Origin: Alphaproteobacteria bacterium | GTDB lineage: Bacteria > Pseudomonadota > Alphaproteobacteria > UBA7887 | Assembly: GCA_965201115.1 (NCBI GenBank) | Contig: OZ241745.1 | Span: 2,534,340-2,598,339, forward strand | Length of the DNA: 64,000 bases | Direction: 5' to 3' | Shown: positions 10,194 through 19,138 of the stretch, in pieces | Position numbering within the stretch: position 1 is the first letter of the stretch | How the letters are laid out: each line of letters starts with the position of its first letter | The notes under the pieces: generated by a model | Told to the model about the DNA's origin: nothing | Seen by the model: only the letters and a program-made list of their open reading frames with translations | Databases searched by the model: none | Made by a program: the position numbers and the translations under genes

Positions 10194-11831
10194 ATGGAAC
10201 GCGAATCGATGGAGTTCGACGCCGCGATCGTCGGCGCCGGCCCGGCCGGGCTGGCGGCGGCGATTCGCCTGAAGCAGCGCGACCCCGCGCGCGCCGTGTG
10301 CGTCGTCGAGAAAGGCTCGGAAGTCGGCGCGCACATCATGTCGGGCGCGGTGTTCGAGTCGCGCGCGCTCGACGAGCTCCTGCCCGATTGGCGCGACCGC
10401 GGCGCGCCCGTCTCCGATCCGGTGACCGAGGAGCGCTTCCTGGCGCTGTCGGAGCGCGGCGGGTTCGCTGTGCCGCACGCGCTGCTGCCGCCGGCCATGC
10501 GCAACCGGGGCAACTACGTCATCAGTCTGGGCGCGCTGTGCCGATGGCTCGCCGCGCAGGCGGAAGAACTCGGCGTGGAGATTTACCCGGGTTTCGCCGC
10601 GACCGAGGTTCTTTACGATTCGGGCGGCGCGGTCGCCGGAATCGCCACCGGCGACATGGGCGTTACGAAGGCCGGGGAGCGCGGCGCGAATTACCAGCCG
10701 GGGGTGGAGCTCCGCGCGCGGATTACGCTGTTCGCCGAGGGCTGCCGCGGAAGCCTGGGCGGCGCGCTGATGACGCGCTTCGGCCTGCGCGCCGGCGTCC
10801 ATCCGCAGACCTACGGACTCGGCCTGAAGGAACTGTGGGAGCTGGCGCCGGAGCGCCACCGCCCCGGGCTGGTCATGCATACCGTGGGCTGGCCGCTCGA
10901 CCGGCGGACGTATGGCGGGTCGTTCCTCTATCATTTCGGCGAGCGGCTGGCCGCCGTGGGCTTCGTGGTGGGGCTGGATTACCGGAATCCGTGGCTCAGC
11001 CCCTACGAGGAGTTCCAGCGTTTCAAGACCCACCCGAAAATACGCGGGTTTTTCGAGGGCGGGCGGCGGATCGCCTATGGCGCGCGCGCGCTCAACGAGG
11101 GCGGCCTGCAAAGCCTGCCGAAACTCGCGTTTCCCGGCGGCGCGCTGATCGGCTGCGAGGCGGGAACACTCAACGTGCCCAAGATTAAAGGCACGCACAC
11201 GGCGATGAAATCCGGAATGCTGGCGGCGGAGGCCGCATGCGGCGCGCTGGCGGCGAACGATGGCGCGGCGATCGGGATTTCCGCCTACGAGACCGCGTTC
11301 CGCGAGTCGTGGGCGGGCGCGGAGTTGCGCCGCGCGCGCAATGTGCGGCCGGGTTTCAAATGGGGGTTATGGGCCGGCGTGTTGCATGCGGGTTTCGACC
11401 AGCTCGTGCTGCGCGGGCGCGCGCCGTGGACGCTGGCGCACGGGCGCCGCGACCGCGGCGCCACACTCCCGGCCGCCGAATGCGCGCCGATCGCGTATCC
11501 CAAACCCGACGGCGAATTGACCTTCGACCGCTTGACCAATCTCGCCTATTCCGGCGTGGCGCACGAAGAGGACCAGCCCGCGCATCTGAAAGTGGCCGAC
11601 GAGGCGGCGGCGATCGCGACGACGCTCGCCGTGTACGAAGCGCCGGAACAGCGCTATTGCCCCGCCGGGGTCTATGAGATCGTGCGCGGCGCCGACGGCG
11701 CGAACCCCCGCCTCCAAATCAACGCGCAGAACTGCATCCACTGCAAGACCTGCGACATCAAGGACCCGGCGAACAACATCCGCTGGACCCCCCCCGAAGG
11801 CGGCGGCGGCCCGAACTACCCGAATATGTAG
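10194..11831 (+). CDS. Electron transfer flavoprotein-ubiquinone oxidoreductase
   Basis: IVGAGPAGL, EKGSEVGAHIMSGA, NVPKIKGTHTAMKSG, CPAGVYE, NCIHCKTCDIKDP, GGGPNY. Confidence 0.96.
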   Translation: MERESMEFDAAIVGAGPAGLAAAIRLKQRDPARAVCVVEKGSEVGAHIMSGAVFESRALDELLPDWRDRGAPVSDPVTEERFLALSERGGFAVPHALLPPAMRNRGNYVISLGALCRWLAAQAEELGVEIYPGFAATEVLYDSGGAVAGIATGDMGVTKAGERGANYQPGVELRARITLFAEGCRGSLGGALMTRFGLRAGVHPQTYGLGLKELWELAPERHRPGLVMHTVGWPLDRRTYGGSFLYHFGERLAAVGFVVGLDYRNPWLSPYEEFQRFKTHPKIRGFFEGGRRIAYGARALNEGGLQSLPKLAFPGGALIGCEAGTLNVPKIKGTHTAMKSGMLAAEAACGALAANDGAAIGISAYETAFRESWAGAELRRARNVRPGFKWGLWAGVLHAGFDQLVLRGRAPWTLAHGRRDRGATLPAAECAPIAYPKPDGELTFDRLTNLAYSGVAHEEDQPAHLKVADEAAAIATTLAVYEAPEQRYCPAGVYEIVRGADGANPRLQINAQNCIHCKTCDIKDPANNIRWTPPEGGGGPNYPNM

Positions 11832-12030
11832 GCTCAATTGGCGAATCGTGTGTACGCGGTGTTCATTGCGGCGGTCAGGCAAGTCCTCGGCGACGCGGGT
11901 GCGGCGAGTCCGATGAGGTGGAACCGCCGCAGATATCTGTCGGGATACCTTGTCGCGATGCCGCGAAAGCCGCGCAGGAAGCCCTTCAACCGGCTGTGAC
12001 GGCTGTTGACGGTCTGAATGCGGAAGGGCG
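11831..12030 (-). mobile_element. IS1595-family transposase C-terminal remnant with one terminal inverted repeat
   Basis: Minus frame IQTVNSRHSRLKGFLRGFRGIATRY..RYL..F matches the IS1595/ISXO2-like C-terminus; the stop lies inside ggctcaattggcgaatcgtgtgtac (11831-11855), which recurs elsewhere in the window. Confidence 0.75.
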
Positions 12031-12089
12031 TCGCGCACCCGCTCGCCGGCGCTCGTGTTGAGCGCCTCGCAACGCACGCCGAGGGGGAA

Positions 12090-12272
12090 GCGCAACCCCG
12101 CCGCGGGCGGGGCCCGGGACCGCGGGCGTCCCCGCCCGCACGTCTCGACGCTACGGGCGCCGGAGAGCAGGGCGCGGCGCCCGTGCTTTCCCGCCAACGC
12201 AGTGCCGCGCGGCAACGTGCGGGCAGGATGCCCGCGGTCCCGGGCAGTCCGCGCCTTCGGCGCGGCGGCGCC
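12090..12272. repeat. Inverted REP doublet (REPIN-like)
   Basis: cccgggaccgcgggcgtcccgcccgcacgt (minus orientation) and acgtgcgggcaggatgcccgcggtcccggg (plus orientation). Confidence 0.8.
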
Positions 12273-12346
12273 GTCGACGCGCCGCCGCCGGACCAGTAGA
12301 AAGGCGCGCGCCCCGCAGCGGCGGCGGGACGCGCGCGGAGGGCTTC

Positions 12347-13315
12347 ATGACCGTAACCCAGGCGACGGTGTTCGGCGCAACGGGTTTTGTCGGCCGCTAC
12401 CTCGTCAAGCGACTCGCCGGGGCCGGCGCGCGCGTGATCGCGGCCGCGCGCCGGCCCGAACGCGCGGGGTTTCTCAAGCCCATGGGCGATGTGGGGCAGA
12501 TACTCCCCGTCGCCGCCGACATTCGCGACCGCGCATCCGCCGCCGCTGCGGTCGCCGGGTCCGACGTCGTTGCGAACCTCGTCGGCATTCTTCACGAGTC
12601 CGGCGGCCAGCGCTTTTCCGCCGTCCACGCGCAGGGCGCGGAGAACGTCGCGCTGGCGGCGGCGGGCGCGGGCGCGGCGCGCCTGATCCACGTCTCCGCG
12701 CTGGGCGCCGGGCCGGCCGCGGCCAGCCGCTACGGGCGCAGCAAGGCCGCCGGAGAGGCCGCGGTGCGCGCGGCGTTCCCCGCCGCCGCCATCGTCCGGC
12801 CGAGCCTGGCGTTCGGCCCGGAAGACGAGTTTCTCAACCGCTTCGCGGCGCTGGCGCGGTTCGCGCCGGCGCTGCCGCTCATCGACGGCGGGCGCACGCG
12901 CTTCCAGCCGCTCCATGTACAGGACCTGGCCGAGGCGCTGGCGCGCGTGGCCCGGCGCCGCGGCGCCGAGGGCGAAACATGGGAGCTCGGCGGCCCGCGC
13001 GTGTACACATTCCGCGAACTGCTCGAGCTCGTGCTTGCGGTTACCGGCCGGCGCGCCTTTCTCGCGCCCGCGCCCCGGGCGCTGCTGGCGCTCCAGGCGC
13101 GCGTGCTGGAGCTGCTTCCGCGCCCGCCGCTGACCCGCGACCAAATCGCGATGCTGAGCGACGACAGCGTGGCGGGCGCCGACCCCGGCGCCGGGCGGAT
13201 CGGCGATCTCGGCATTGCGCCCGCCGCCCTCGAGGCGATCGCCCCCGAAATACTGGCGCCGTTCCGCCGCGGCGCGCCGCGGCGGGGTTTGACACGTAAC
13301 GGCGCCGAAACCTAG
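12347..13315 (+). CDS. Complex I NDUFA9-like NAD(P)-binding epimerase family protein
   Basis: TVFGATGFVGRY, LKPMGDVGQ, NLVGIL, YGRSKAAGE, FQPLHVQD. Confidence 0.9.
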   Translation: MTVTQATVFGATGFVGRYLVKRLAGAGARVIAAARRPERAGFLKPMGDVGQILPVAADIRDRASAAAAVAGSDVVANLVGILHESGGQRFSAVHAQGAENVALAAAGAGAARLIHVSALGAGPAAASRYGRSKAAGEAAVRAAFPAAAIVRPSLAFGPEDEFLNRFAALARFAPALPLIDGGRTRFQPLHVQDLAEALARVARRRGAEGETWELGGPRVYTFRELLELVLAVTGRRAFLAPAPRALLALQARVLELLPRPPLTRDQIAMLSDDSVAGADPGAGRIGDLGIAPAALEAIAPEILAPFRRGAPRRGLTRNGAET

Positions 13316-13385
13316 TGTCGCCTTGCGGGGCGCGCGCGGCCGCTCGAGCCCGGCGCGGGAGATTACGACAAGGCGGGCGAATCGC

Positions 13386-14081
13386 ATGAACAGTCCCAAC
13401 GCGCTGCTCTACAAGTGGCTGATCGTCAATTCGTTCGCCGCGCTGCTGGTCTACATCGCGTGGCTGCGGGACTGGATAGCGCTCGTGATCGAGAGCGACG
13501 CGAGCTATATCAGCCTCGTCATCGGCGTCGTGTTCCTGGTCTTCTGGGCCGTCAGCTCGTTCCATATCGTGAGCCTCAACCGCGAGATCGTGCGGTTTTC
13601 CGGGCGCGCCGAGTCCGGCCTGGCGGCGGAGTATGTGGGCAAGCTGCGCGCCAAGGCCGCCAAAACCGCCGGCGCGCCGCTCGATCAGGGCATGCTCGCC
13701 GGCGCGCTCAGGGCGCGCCTGTTCCTGCCCATCCAGATAATCGACTACGTCGCCAACGTGCTGATCCTGCTCGGTCTTATCGGAACGGTGGTGGGCTTCG
13801 TCATCGCCGTGAGCGGCCTTGGCGACAGCATCGCCGGCGGGACCAATCTCGAACGCGTACAAGGCGTGCTCGGCCAAATCGTCAACGGCATGGGCGTGGC
13901 GCTGTTCACCACCCTCGTCGGCGCGATCCTCGGCGGCCTGTGGCTGGAGATCCACTACCGGATGCTCGCCCGCGCCGCCGGCGGGCTGGCGATCGACATT
14001 GTGGAATACGCCGATGTCGAGGTCGTGCCCGGCCTCGCCGCCGCTGCGCTCGGCCGCGCGCCGGGCGCCGCGCCGCGATGA
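13386..14081 (+). CDS. MotA/TolQ/ExbB proton channel family protein
   Basis: LGLIGTVVGF and GMGVALFTTLVG transmembrane motifs. Confidence 0.85.
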   Translation: MNSPNALLYKWLIVNSFAALLVYIAWLRDWIALVIESDASYISLVIGVVFLVFWAVSSFHIVSLNREIVRFSGRAESGLAAEYVGKLRAKAAKTAGAPLDQGMLAGALRARLFLPIQIIDYVANVLILLGLIGTVVGFVIAVSGLGDSIAGGTNLERVQGVLGQIVNGMGVALFTTLVGAILGGLWLEIHYRMLARAAGGLAIDIVEYADVEVVPGLAAAALGRAPGAAPR

Positions 14082-14674
14082 ACGGCTTCGACCTCTTCGA
14101 GACCGGCGACCGCGAACCCGCCGGCATCGCCTTCCGCGATGTGCTGTTCCTCATGGTGTTCAGCCTCGTGGTGGTGATCTTCCTGCTCACATTTCTCATC
14201 AACCCGGTGCAGAAGCCCGACGAAGTGCCGCTGCGCACGCAAATCCTCATCGAGATAACGTGGCCCTCGGGCACCGCCTACGATATCGACCTGTGGGGCA
14301 TGGGCCCCGACGGCGTGCCCGTCGGCTGGGGCATCTACGAGGCCGGCCCGTCGCTCAACCTGGAGCGCGACGACCGCGGCAGGATCAACGACACCTCGGA
14401 ACTCAACTACGAATGGATGTCGATACGCGCGCGCGACCCCGGCGAATACACGATCAACGTGCATCTCTACAACGAATACGGCGAGGCGCTGCCCGTGCCC
14501 GTCAAGGTCCGCGTCGCCGGCAAGGGCGATCTCGGCGAAATCCACAGCGAGGAAGTGCTGCTCACGCGCCGCAAGGAAGAAATCACCGTCGTCCGCTTCA
14601 CGCTCGACAACGACGGCGGGCTGGTCGAGGACAGCGTCCACGATCTCCACAAGTCCATTATCTCGCAACGCTGA
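14078..14674 (+). CDS. ExbD/MotB-like single-TM protein with atypical periplasmic domain
   Basis: Asp-containing TM segment (AFRDVLFLMVF); periplasmic part ITWP..YDIDLW..RDDRG..NYE..GEYTINVHLY; ATGA coupling. Confidence 0.65.
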   Translation: MNGFDLFETGDREPAGIAFRDVLFLMVFSLVVVIFLLTFLINPVQKPDEVPLRTQILIEITWPSGTAYDIDLWGMGPDGVPVGWGIYEAGPSLNLERDDRGRINDTSELNYEWMSIRARDPGEYTINVHLYNEYGEALPVPVKVRVAGKGDLGEIHSEEVLLTRRKEEITVVRFTLDNDGGLVEDSVHDLHKSIISQR

Positions 14675-14690
14675 AGGGGAGGCCCCGCCC

Positions 14691-15173
14691 GTGTCGGACG
14701 TCATGGCCGCCATCGTCTTGTACGCGCTCTACGCCGCCACGGTGGCGTTCCTGTTCGCGATGCTGTTCATTCGCGACTGGCGGCGCTGGTGGTTGCGGCT
14801 CGCCACCGTCGCCGTCGGCTGCGCCGCCGCCGCCTACCCGGTTTTCGTCGCGCGCACGACGCTCGGCTACCCCGATCCCTGGCCGGAAGACGGGCGCTAC
14901 GAAATGCTCGGCTGGCAAATCGACGAACCGGAACGCGCCATATACATGTTTCTGGTAAACCCCGACGGGCCGGAGCCGCTCCACTACCGCGTGCCGTTCG
15001 ATCTGCGCACGGCCATAGCGCTCCAGGACGCGGCGGCGCAAATGGGCATATACAAGGAGCGCGCGGTCATCGTCCGCCGCGACCCGGAAACCGGCGAGAT
15101 CGGCTACGAACTCGCGTTCGCGAAGCGCTTCCCCGACGACGCCGAAATCGAAATCGGACAGGAGGCCCCGTAG
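14691..15173 (+). CDS. Hypothetical 2-TM membrane protein (paralog of the next gene)
   Basis: GTG start after GGGGAGG; two hydrophobic helices then TLGYPDPWP. Confidence 0.7.
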   Translation: MSDVMAAIVLYALYAATVAFLFAMLFIRDWRRWWLRLATVAVGCAAAAYPVFVARTTLGYPDPWPEDGRYEMLGWQIDEPERAIYMFLVNPDGPEPLHYRVPFDLRTAIALQDAAAQMGIYKERAVIVRRDPETGEIGYELAFAKRFPDDAEIEIGQEAP

Positions 15174-15175
15174 CG

Positions 15176-15661
15176 ATGCCCGGATTCGACCCCGATATCC
15201 ACCACGCCGCGCTGCTCGCGATCCACGTCGGCTGCGTCGCGCTGATCGTGCTTGCCGTGCTCACGCGCCGGCGCGGGTTGCGCCCGCCCGCCGTCGCAGC
15301 CGGCGCGGCGGCGCTGTGGCTGCCGCTGTTCGCGCTCACCGACACGCTGGGCCGGCCCAACCCGTACCCGCCGGAGGGGGACTACAAGGTAATCGCCAGC
15401 AAGCTCGACAAGGACACAAGCAGTTTCTACATGTTCGTCGATACCCTCGGCGCCGATCCCACGCCGCGCGTCTATGCGATCCGCTTCGACCCGCACCAAT
15501 ACGAACGCTTCGAGCAAACCGCGTCGGATTACGAGCAGCAGGTGCTGCGGCTGACGCATGGCGGCGGGAACTACGAAGTGACGTATGTGGACTACATGCC
15601 GCCCGACCTGCTCAAGGACGGGCTGATGCGCGGCTGGCAGGCGCCGCGCGAGACCGACTGA
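15176..15661 (+). CDS. Hypothetical 2-TM membrane protein (paralog of the previous gene)
   Basis: GGAGG RBS; two hydrophobic helices then TLGRPNPYP. Confidence 0.7.
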   Translation: MPGFDPDIHHAALLAIHVGCVALIVLAVLTRRRGLRPPAVAAGAAALWLPLFALTDTLGRPNPYPPEGDYKVIASKLDKDTSSFYMFVDTLGADPTPRVYAIRFDPHQYERFEQTASDYEQQVLRLTHGGGNYEVTYVDYMPPDLLKDGLMRGWQAPRETD

Positions 15662-16101
15662 TGCGCCGGCTCGCCCTCGCGGCCGCGGCGGCCGCCGCGC
15701 TGCTGGCCGGCGCCGCGCCCGAAAGCCGCGCCGCCGACATAACGCTGCGCGATGCATGGGCTCAGACGCGCGAGGGCCGCTCCGGCGGCGCCATCGTCGT
15801 CGGCTTCACCCTCGTCAACCGCGGCGGCATGGCCATGCTCGTCGGCGCCGAGAGCAGCGCCGGCGCGACGGCGCTCATCCGCTCCGACACCGACGGGCGC
15901 CCCGGCGGCGCGACCCGCGTCGTCGATCGGATGATGATAGGCCCCGGCGCCGAGATCGAGTTCCGCCCCGGCGAATACACCGTGGTTCTCACCGATCTGC
16001 GCGGCGCCCCGCGCGAGGGAGACCGCCTTGTCCTGCGCCTGGCCTTCGCCGACGGAACCGTCGCCGAAGCCGAAATCGTCCTCGCCGCCGGCGGCGCCTG
16101 A
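15661..16101 (+). CDS. PCu(A)C-like periplasmic protein lacking the copper ligands
   Basis: Signal peptide; DAWA, FTLVN, LVGAES, EFRPGEY, LRGAPREGD..L.L.F pattern; canonical H..M..HxM absent. Confidence 0.65.
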   Translation: MRRLALAAAAAAALLAGAAPESRAADITLRDAWAQTREGRSGGAIVVGFTLVNRGGMAMLVGAESSAGATALIRSDTDGRPGGATRVVDRMMIGPGAEIEFRPGEYTVVLTDLRGAPREGDRLVLRLAFADGTVAEAEIVLAAGGA

Positions 16102-16268
16102 CCGCGCCGGCGCACTTGCTTCCGGGGCGCGGTTTGACCGCGCGCGCGGGCCGGGCTAATCCGGGTGCGCCGGCCTCCGGGCCGGCCCTGCGATTTGACC
16201 GCGCGCATCGGCGGGGCTACGGTAGCGGGCCGCATGAGACGCCGCGCATACGGGGACACTCGCGAAAC

Positions 16269-16853
16269 ATGCAGATATTCGTTAGCGGTAAGCAGATCGA
16301 CTTGGGCGAAGCGTTGCGCAACCGGGTCGAGACCCGCCTCGCCGCGCGCGTGGCCAAGTACTTCGACCACGCGCTCGACGCCCAGGTCCAGTTCTCGAAG
16401 TCGCGCCACCTGTTTCGCAGCGACATCTCGGTACACGCCCGCCGCGGCGTGTCGGTCCAGGCGCATGGCGAGGCCGACAACATCCAGGCCGCGTTCGACG
16501 CCGCGGCGGAGCGTATCGAAAAGCGCCTGCGGCGGTTCAAGCGCCGCCTCACCGACCACCACAACCGCCGGTCGCTGGGCGACGAAGACAACGAAATCGT
16601 CCGCCAAACGATAATCGCGGCGGAAAACGAGGACGAACCCGAACCCCGCCCCGGCGGCGACGGTCCGGTCACGGTCGCCGAATCGACCGCGCCGATCCAC
16701 AGCCTCACCGTCAGCGAAGCGGTGATGCGGCTGGAGCTTGCGCAACTTCCCGTGCTGATGTTCCGCAACAGCGGCAACGGGCGCCACAACGTCGTCTATC
16801 GCCGCGACGACGGCAATGTCGGCTGGCTCGACCCGGCGGAGCGCAAGCGATGA
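16269..16853 (+). CDS. hpf: Ribosome hibernation promoting factor (long HPF/RaiA)
   Basis: MQIFVSGKQIDLGEAL, KRLRRFKRRL, C-terminal VVYRRDDGNVGW. Confidence 0.93.
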   Translation: MQIFVSGKQIDLGEALRNRVETRLAARVAKYFDHALDAQVQFSKSRHLFRSDISVHARRGVSVQAHGEADNIQAAFDAAAERIEKRLRRFKRRLTDHHNRRSLGDEDNEIVRQTIIAAENEDEPEPRPGGDGPVTVAESTAPIHSLTVSEAVMRLELAQLPVLMFRNSGNGRHNVVYRRDDGNVGWLDPAERKR

Positions 16854-17317
16854 CGCTCGCCGACCTGCTGTGCCGCGAGGCGGTGTTCGCGGATCTGAAG
16901 GCGACGAGCAAAAAACAGGCGCTTCAGGAAATCGCGCGCTACGCCGCCCGGCTGAGCGGGGTCGAAGAGCGCCGCATTCTCGACGCGCTGCTCGAACGCG
17001 AGCGCCTGGGCAGCACCGGCGTCGGACAGGGCATCGCCATCCCCCACGCCAAACTCGCCGAGGTCGGGCGGCTGTGGGGCCTGTTCGCGCGGCTCGAGAC
17101 GGCGGTCCGCTTCGACGCCATCGACGACCGGCCCGTCGATCTGATGTTCCTGCTGCTGGCGCCCGATACCGCCGGCGCGGACCACCTCAAGGCGCTGGCG
17201 CGCATCTCGCGGCTGCTGCGCGACCGGGCCCAATGCGCGCGGCTGCGCGGCGCGAAAGGCGGCGACGCGCTCTATGCCGCGCTGATCGAACCGACCGCCA
17301 GTTCCAACGCGGCTTGA
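16850..17317 (+). CDS. ptsN: PTS IIA-like nitrogen regulatory protein
   Basis: SKKQALQ, LLERERLGSTGVGQGIAIPH, HLKALARISR. Confidence 0.95.
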   Translation: MTLADLLCREAVFADLKATSKKQALQEIARYAARLSGVEERRILDALLERERLGSTGVGQGIAIPHAKLAEVGRLWGLFARLETAVRFDAIDDRPVDLMFLLLAPDTAGADHLKALARISRLLRDRAQCARLRGAKGGDALYAALIEPTASSNAA

Positions 17318-17790
17318 CGCCTGCCGGCGCCGCGGCGGATGGCGCCGCCGGGCGCGAAACCCGCCACGCCACATGTATCGCGCTTTCGGGCCGCGGCGTT
17401 CTGCTGCGCGGGCCGCCGGGCGCGGGCAAGTCCGATCTCGCGCTGCGCCTCATCGACGGCGGCGCGCTGCTGGTCGCCGATGATCGCGTGGTCCTGCGCC
17501 GCGCGGGCGCGCGGGTTTTCGCCTCCGCGCCCGCCGCGCTGGCGGGGCTGCTCGAGGTGCGCGGCCTCGGCATCGTGCGGCTGCCGGCCCGCGAATCCGC
17601 GCCGCTGGCGCTGGTCGCCGATCTCGACCCCGCGCGCGACATCGAGCGGCTGCCCGAGGCGAAACGCTGCGTGCTGTGCGGCGTCGCGCTTCCGCTCGTG
17701 GCGGTGGCGCCGCGCCGCGCCTCGGCGGCGGCGCTGATCCGCGTCGCCCTGCGCGGCCGCATCGCCTGCCCCCGCGCCGAGGGTCTCTGA
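17314..17790 (+). CDS. Short HPr kinase/phosphorylase-like protein
   Basis: HATC..GVLLRGPPGAGKSDLAL, LVADDRV, LLEVRGLGI; TTG start overlapping the ptsN stop (start uncertain). Confidence 0.8.
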   Translation: MTPAGAAADGAAGRETRHATCIALSGRGVLLRGPPGAGKSDLALRLIDGGALLVADDRVVLRRAGARVFASAPAALAGLLEVRGLGIVRLPARESAPLALVADLDPARDIERLPEAKRCVLCGVALPLVAVAPRRASAAALIRVALRGRIACPRAEGL

Positions 17791-17813
17791 CGCTTGCCGT
17801 TCGGGTGGAGGCG

Positions 17814-17867
17814 CAACTCCGCCGAAGTCGGGGACTTCCCGGGTGCGCGGGCGTCTCGCCCGCACGT
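17814..17867 (-). repeat. REP-like element between convergent genes
   Basis: ttcccgggtgcgcgggcgtctcgcccgcacgt plus a degenerate second hairpin. Confidence 0.75.
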
Positions 17868-17896
17868 CTCATCGCCACGGGCGGCGGGCCTCGGTA

Positions 17897-18403
17897 CTAC
17901 GTAATGTCCTCCAGCTGGGCGTCGGTGAGGTTGCCGGGGACTATGGTCAGGGGGATCGTCAGGCGCTTGGTGAGTTGGGCGGACAGGCTGCGGACCAGCT
18001 CGTTGGAGCCTTCGCCCTCGGGGGCGGCGCCCACGACCAGTATGTCGATCGAGGGGTCTTCCTCGACGAGCTTCAGGACTTCCTCGGCGCGGCGGCCCTC
18101 GCGGACCGCGACCGCGGGGCGGAAGCCGGCGAAATCATGCACTTCCGCCGCGAGCTCGTTGAGCAGGGCCTCGGCCTCGGCGCGGCGCTCTTCGGCCATC
18201 AGCTTCTCGACCGCGACCCAGTGCTGGAAGTCCTCGGGCTCGACCACATGGAGCAGCACCACATAGCCGTCGGTATTGCGCGCGCGGAGGCAGGCGAAAC
18301 GCATGGCGACGCGGCAATCCTTGCTGCCATCGACACAGACGAGGAAGGTGACGCGGCCGGCCTCGCGGTTTCCGGGCCGCGGAGGGGCGCGGGTTTCGGG
18401 CAT
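17897..18403 (-). CDS. Universal stress protein
   Basis: FLVCVDGS, LLHVVEP, IDILVVGA, IPLTIVPG. Confidence 0.88.
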   Translation of the reverse strand: MPETRAPPRPGNREAGRVTFLVCVDGSKDCRVAMRFACLRARNTDGYVVLLHVVEPEDFQHWVAVEKLMAEERRAEAEALLNELAAEVHDFAGFRPAVAVREGRRAEEVLKLVEEDPSIDILVVGAAPEGEGSNELVRSLSAQLTKRLTIPLTIVPGNLTDAQLEDIT

Positions 18404-18406
18404 CGT

Positions 18407-19138
18407 TCAGCGCCTCCTGAAGATCATGCCGGCGGTCCACCCCGCCGCCAGCGCGAACATCGCGGCGAACACGCCGTAGGCGAGCGGCCGCGTGTGGGCG
18501 AATTCGTACATTTCGGCGCCGAAGCCCGTCTTGCCGATGGTCAGATCGGCGACGCGGCGCGCGGCGACGTCGCCATCGACGATGGAGAGCACCTCAGCGC
18601 GGTAGCGGCCGGTGGGCGCATCGGCGGGGAGCGCGAAAACGGCGCGGAAGAGCTTGTCCTCGACGAAGGACACCCCGTTGGGCGATTCCCGGTAATGCCC
18701 GGAGCGGGTCTTGAGGCGGACGAGGGCGTCGCGGAACGCCTCGGCCTCGGGCCCGGCGGCGGGCGGGCGCACGGCGTTGTTCACGCCCACGCCGAACCGG
18801 GCGAAGAGGCGCGCGGGCGCGATCTCCGCCCGCGGACGGCTGGTCGCCACGGCATAGTAGCCGGGGGCGTCGGGGAATTCGATCTGGCGGCGGTTGAGCC
18901 ACATGCCGAAACTGCGGCGCTTGCGGCGCACCACCACGGTCTCGGGCGGGCCGCGCAGGATGGCGACGACGTCGCCGCCGCCATCGCGCACGCCGAACAA
19001 CAGCACCTCGGCGCCGGTGAAACCGGTCGTGATCTCTATGCGGTGGGCGCTGAGATCGGCGATGATTTCCACTGCCGGCGCCGGCGCCGCGGCGAGCGCG
19101 GCGGCAACGGCGCAGACGGCGGCCGCGCGGCAACGCAT
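18407..19138 (-). CDS. TIGR02186 family membrane protein
   Basis: ADLSAHRIEITTGFTGAEVLLFG, GMWLN, PGYYAVA, LPADAPTGRY; coupled to the upstream TauE gene. Confidence 0.85.
   Translation of the reverse strand: MRCRAAAVCAVAAALAAAPAPAVEIIADLSAHRIEITTGFTGAEVLLFGVRDGGGDVVAILRGPPETVVVRRKRRSFGMWLNRRQIEFPDAPGYYAVATSRPRAEIAPARLFARFGVGVNNAVRPPAAGPEAEAFRDALVRLKTRSGHYRESPNGVSFVEDKLFRAVFALPADAPTGRYRAEVLSIVDGDVAARRVADLTIGKTGFGAEMYEFAHTRPLAYGVFAAMFALAAGWTAGMIFRRR

Noticed and set aside
13386-14674. Zorya ZorAB defence system
   Set aside because: The MotA-like protein lacks the long ZorA tail, the partner lacks an OmpA-like domain, and no ZorC/D/E-like genes are present
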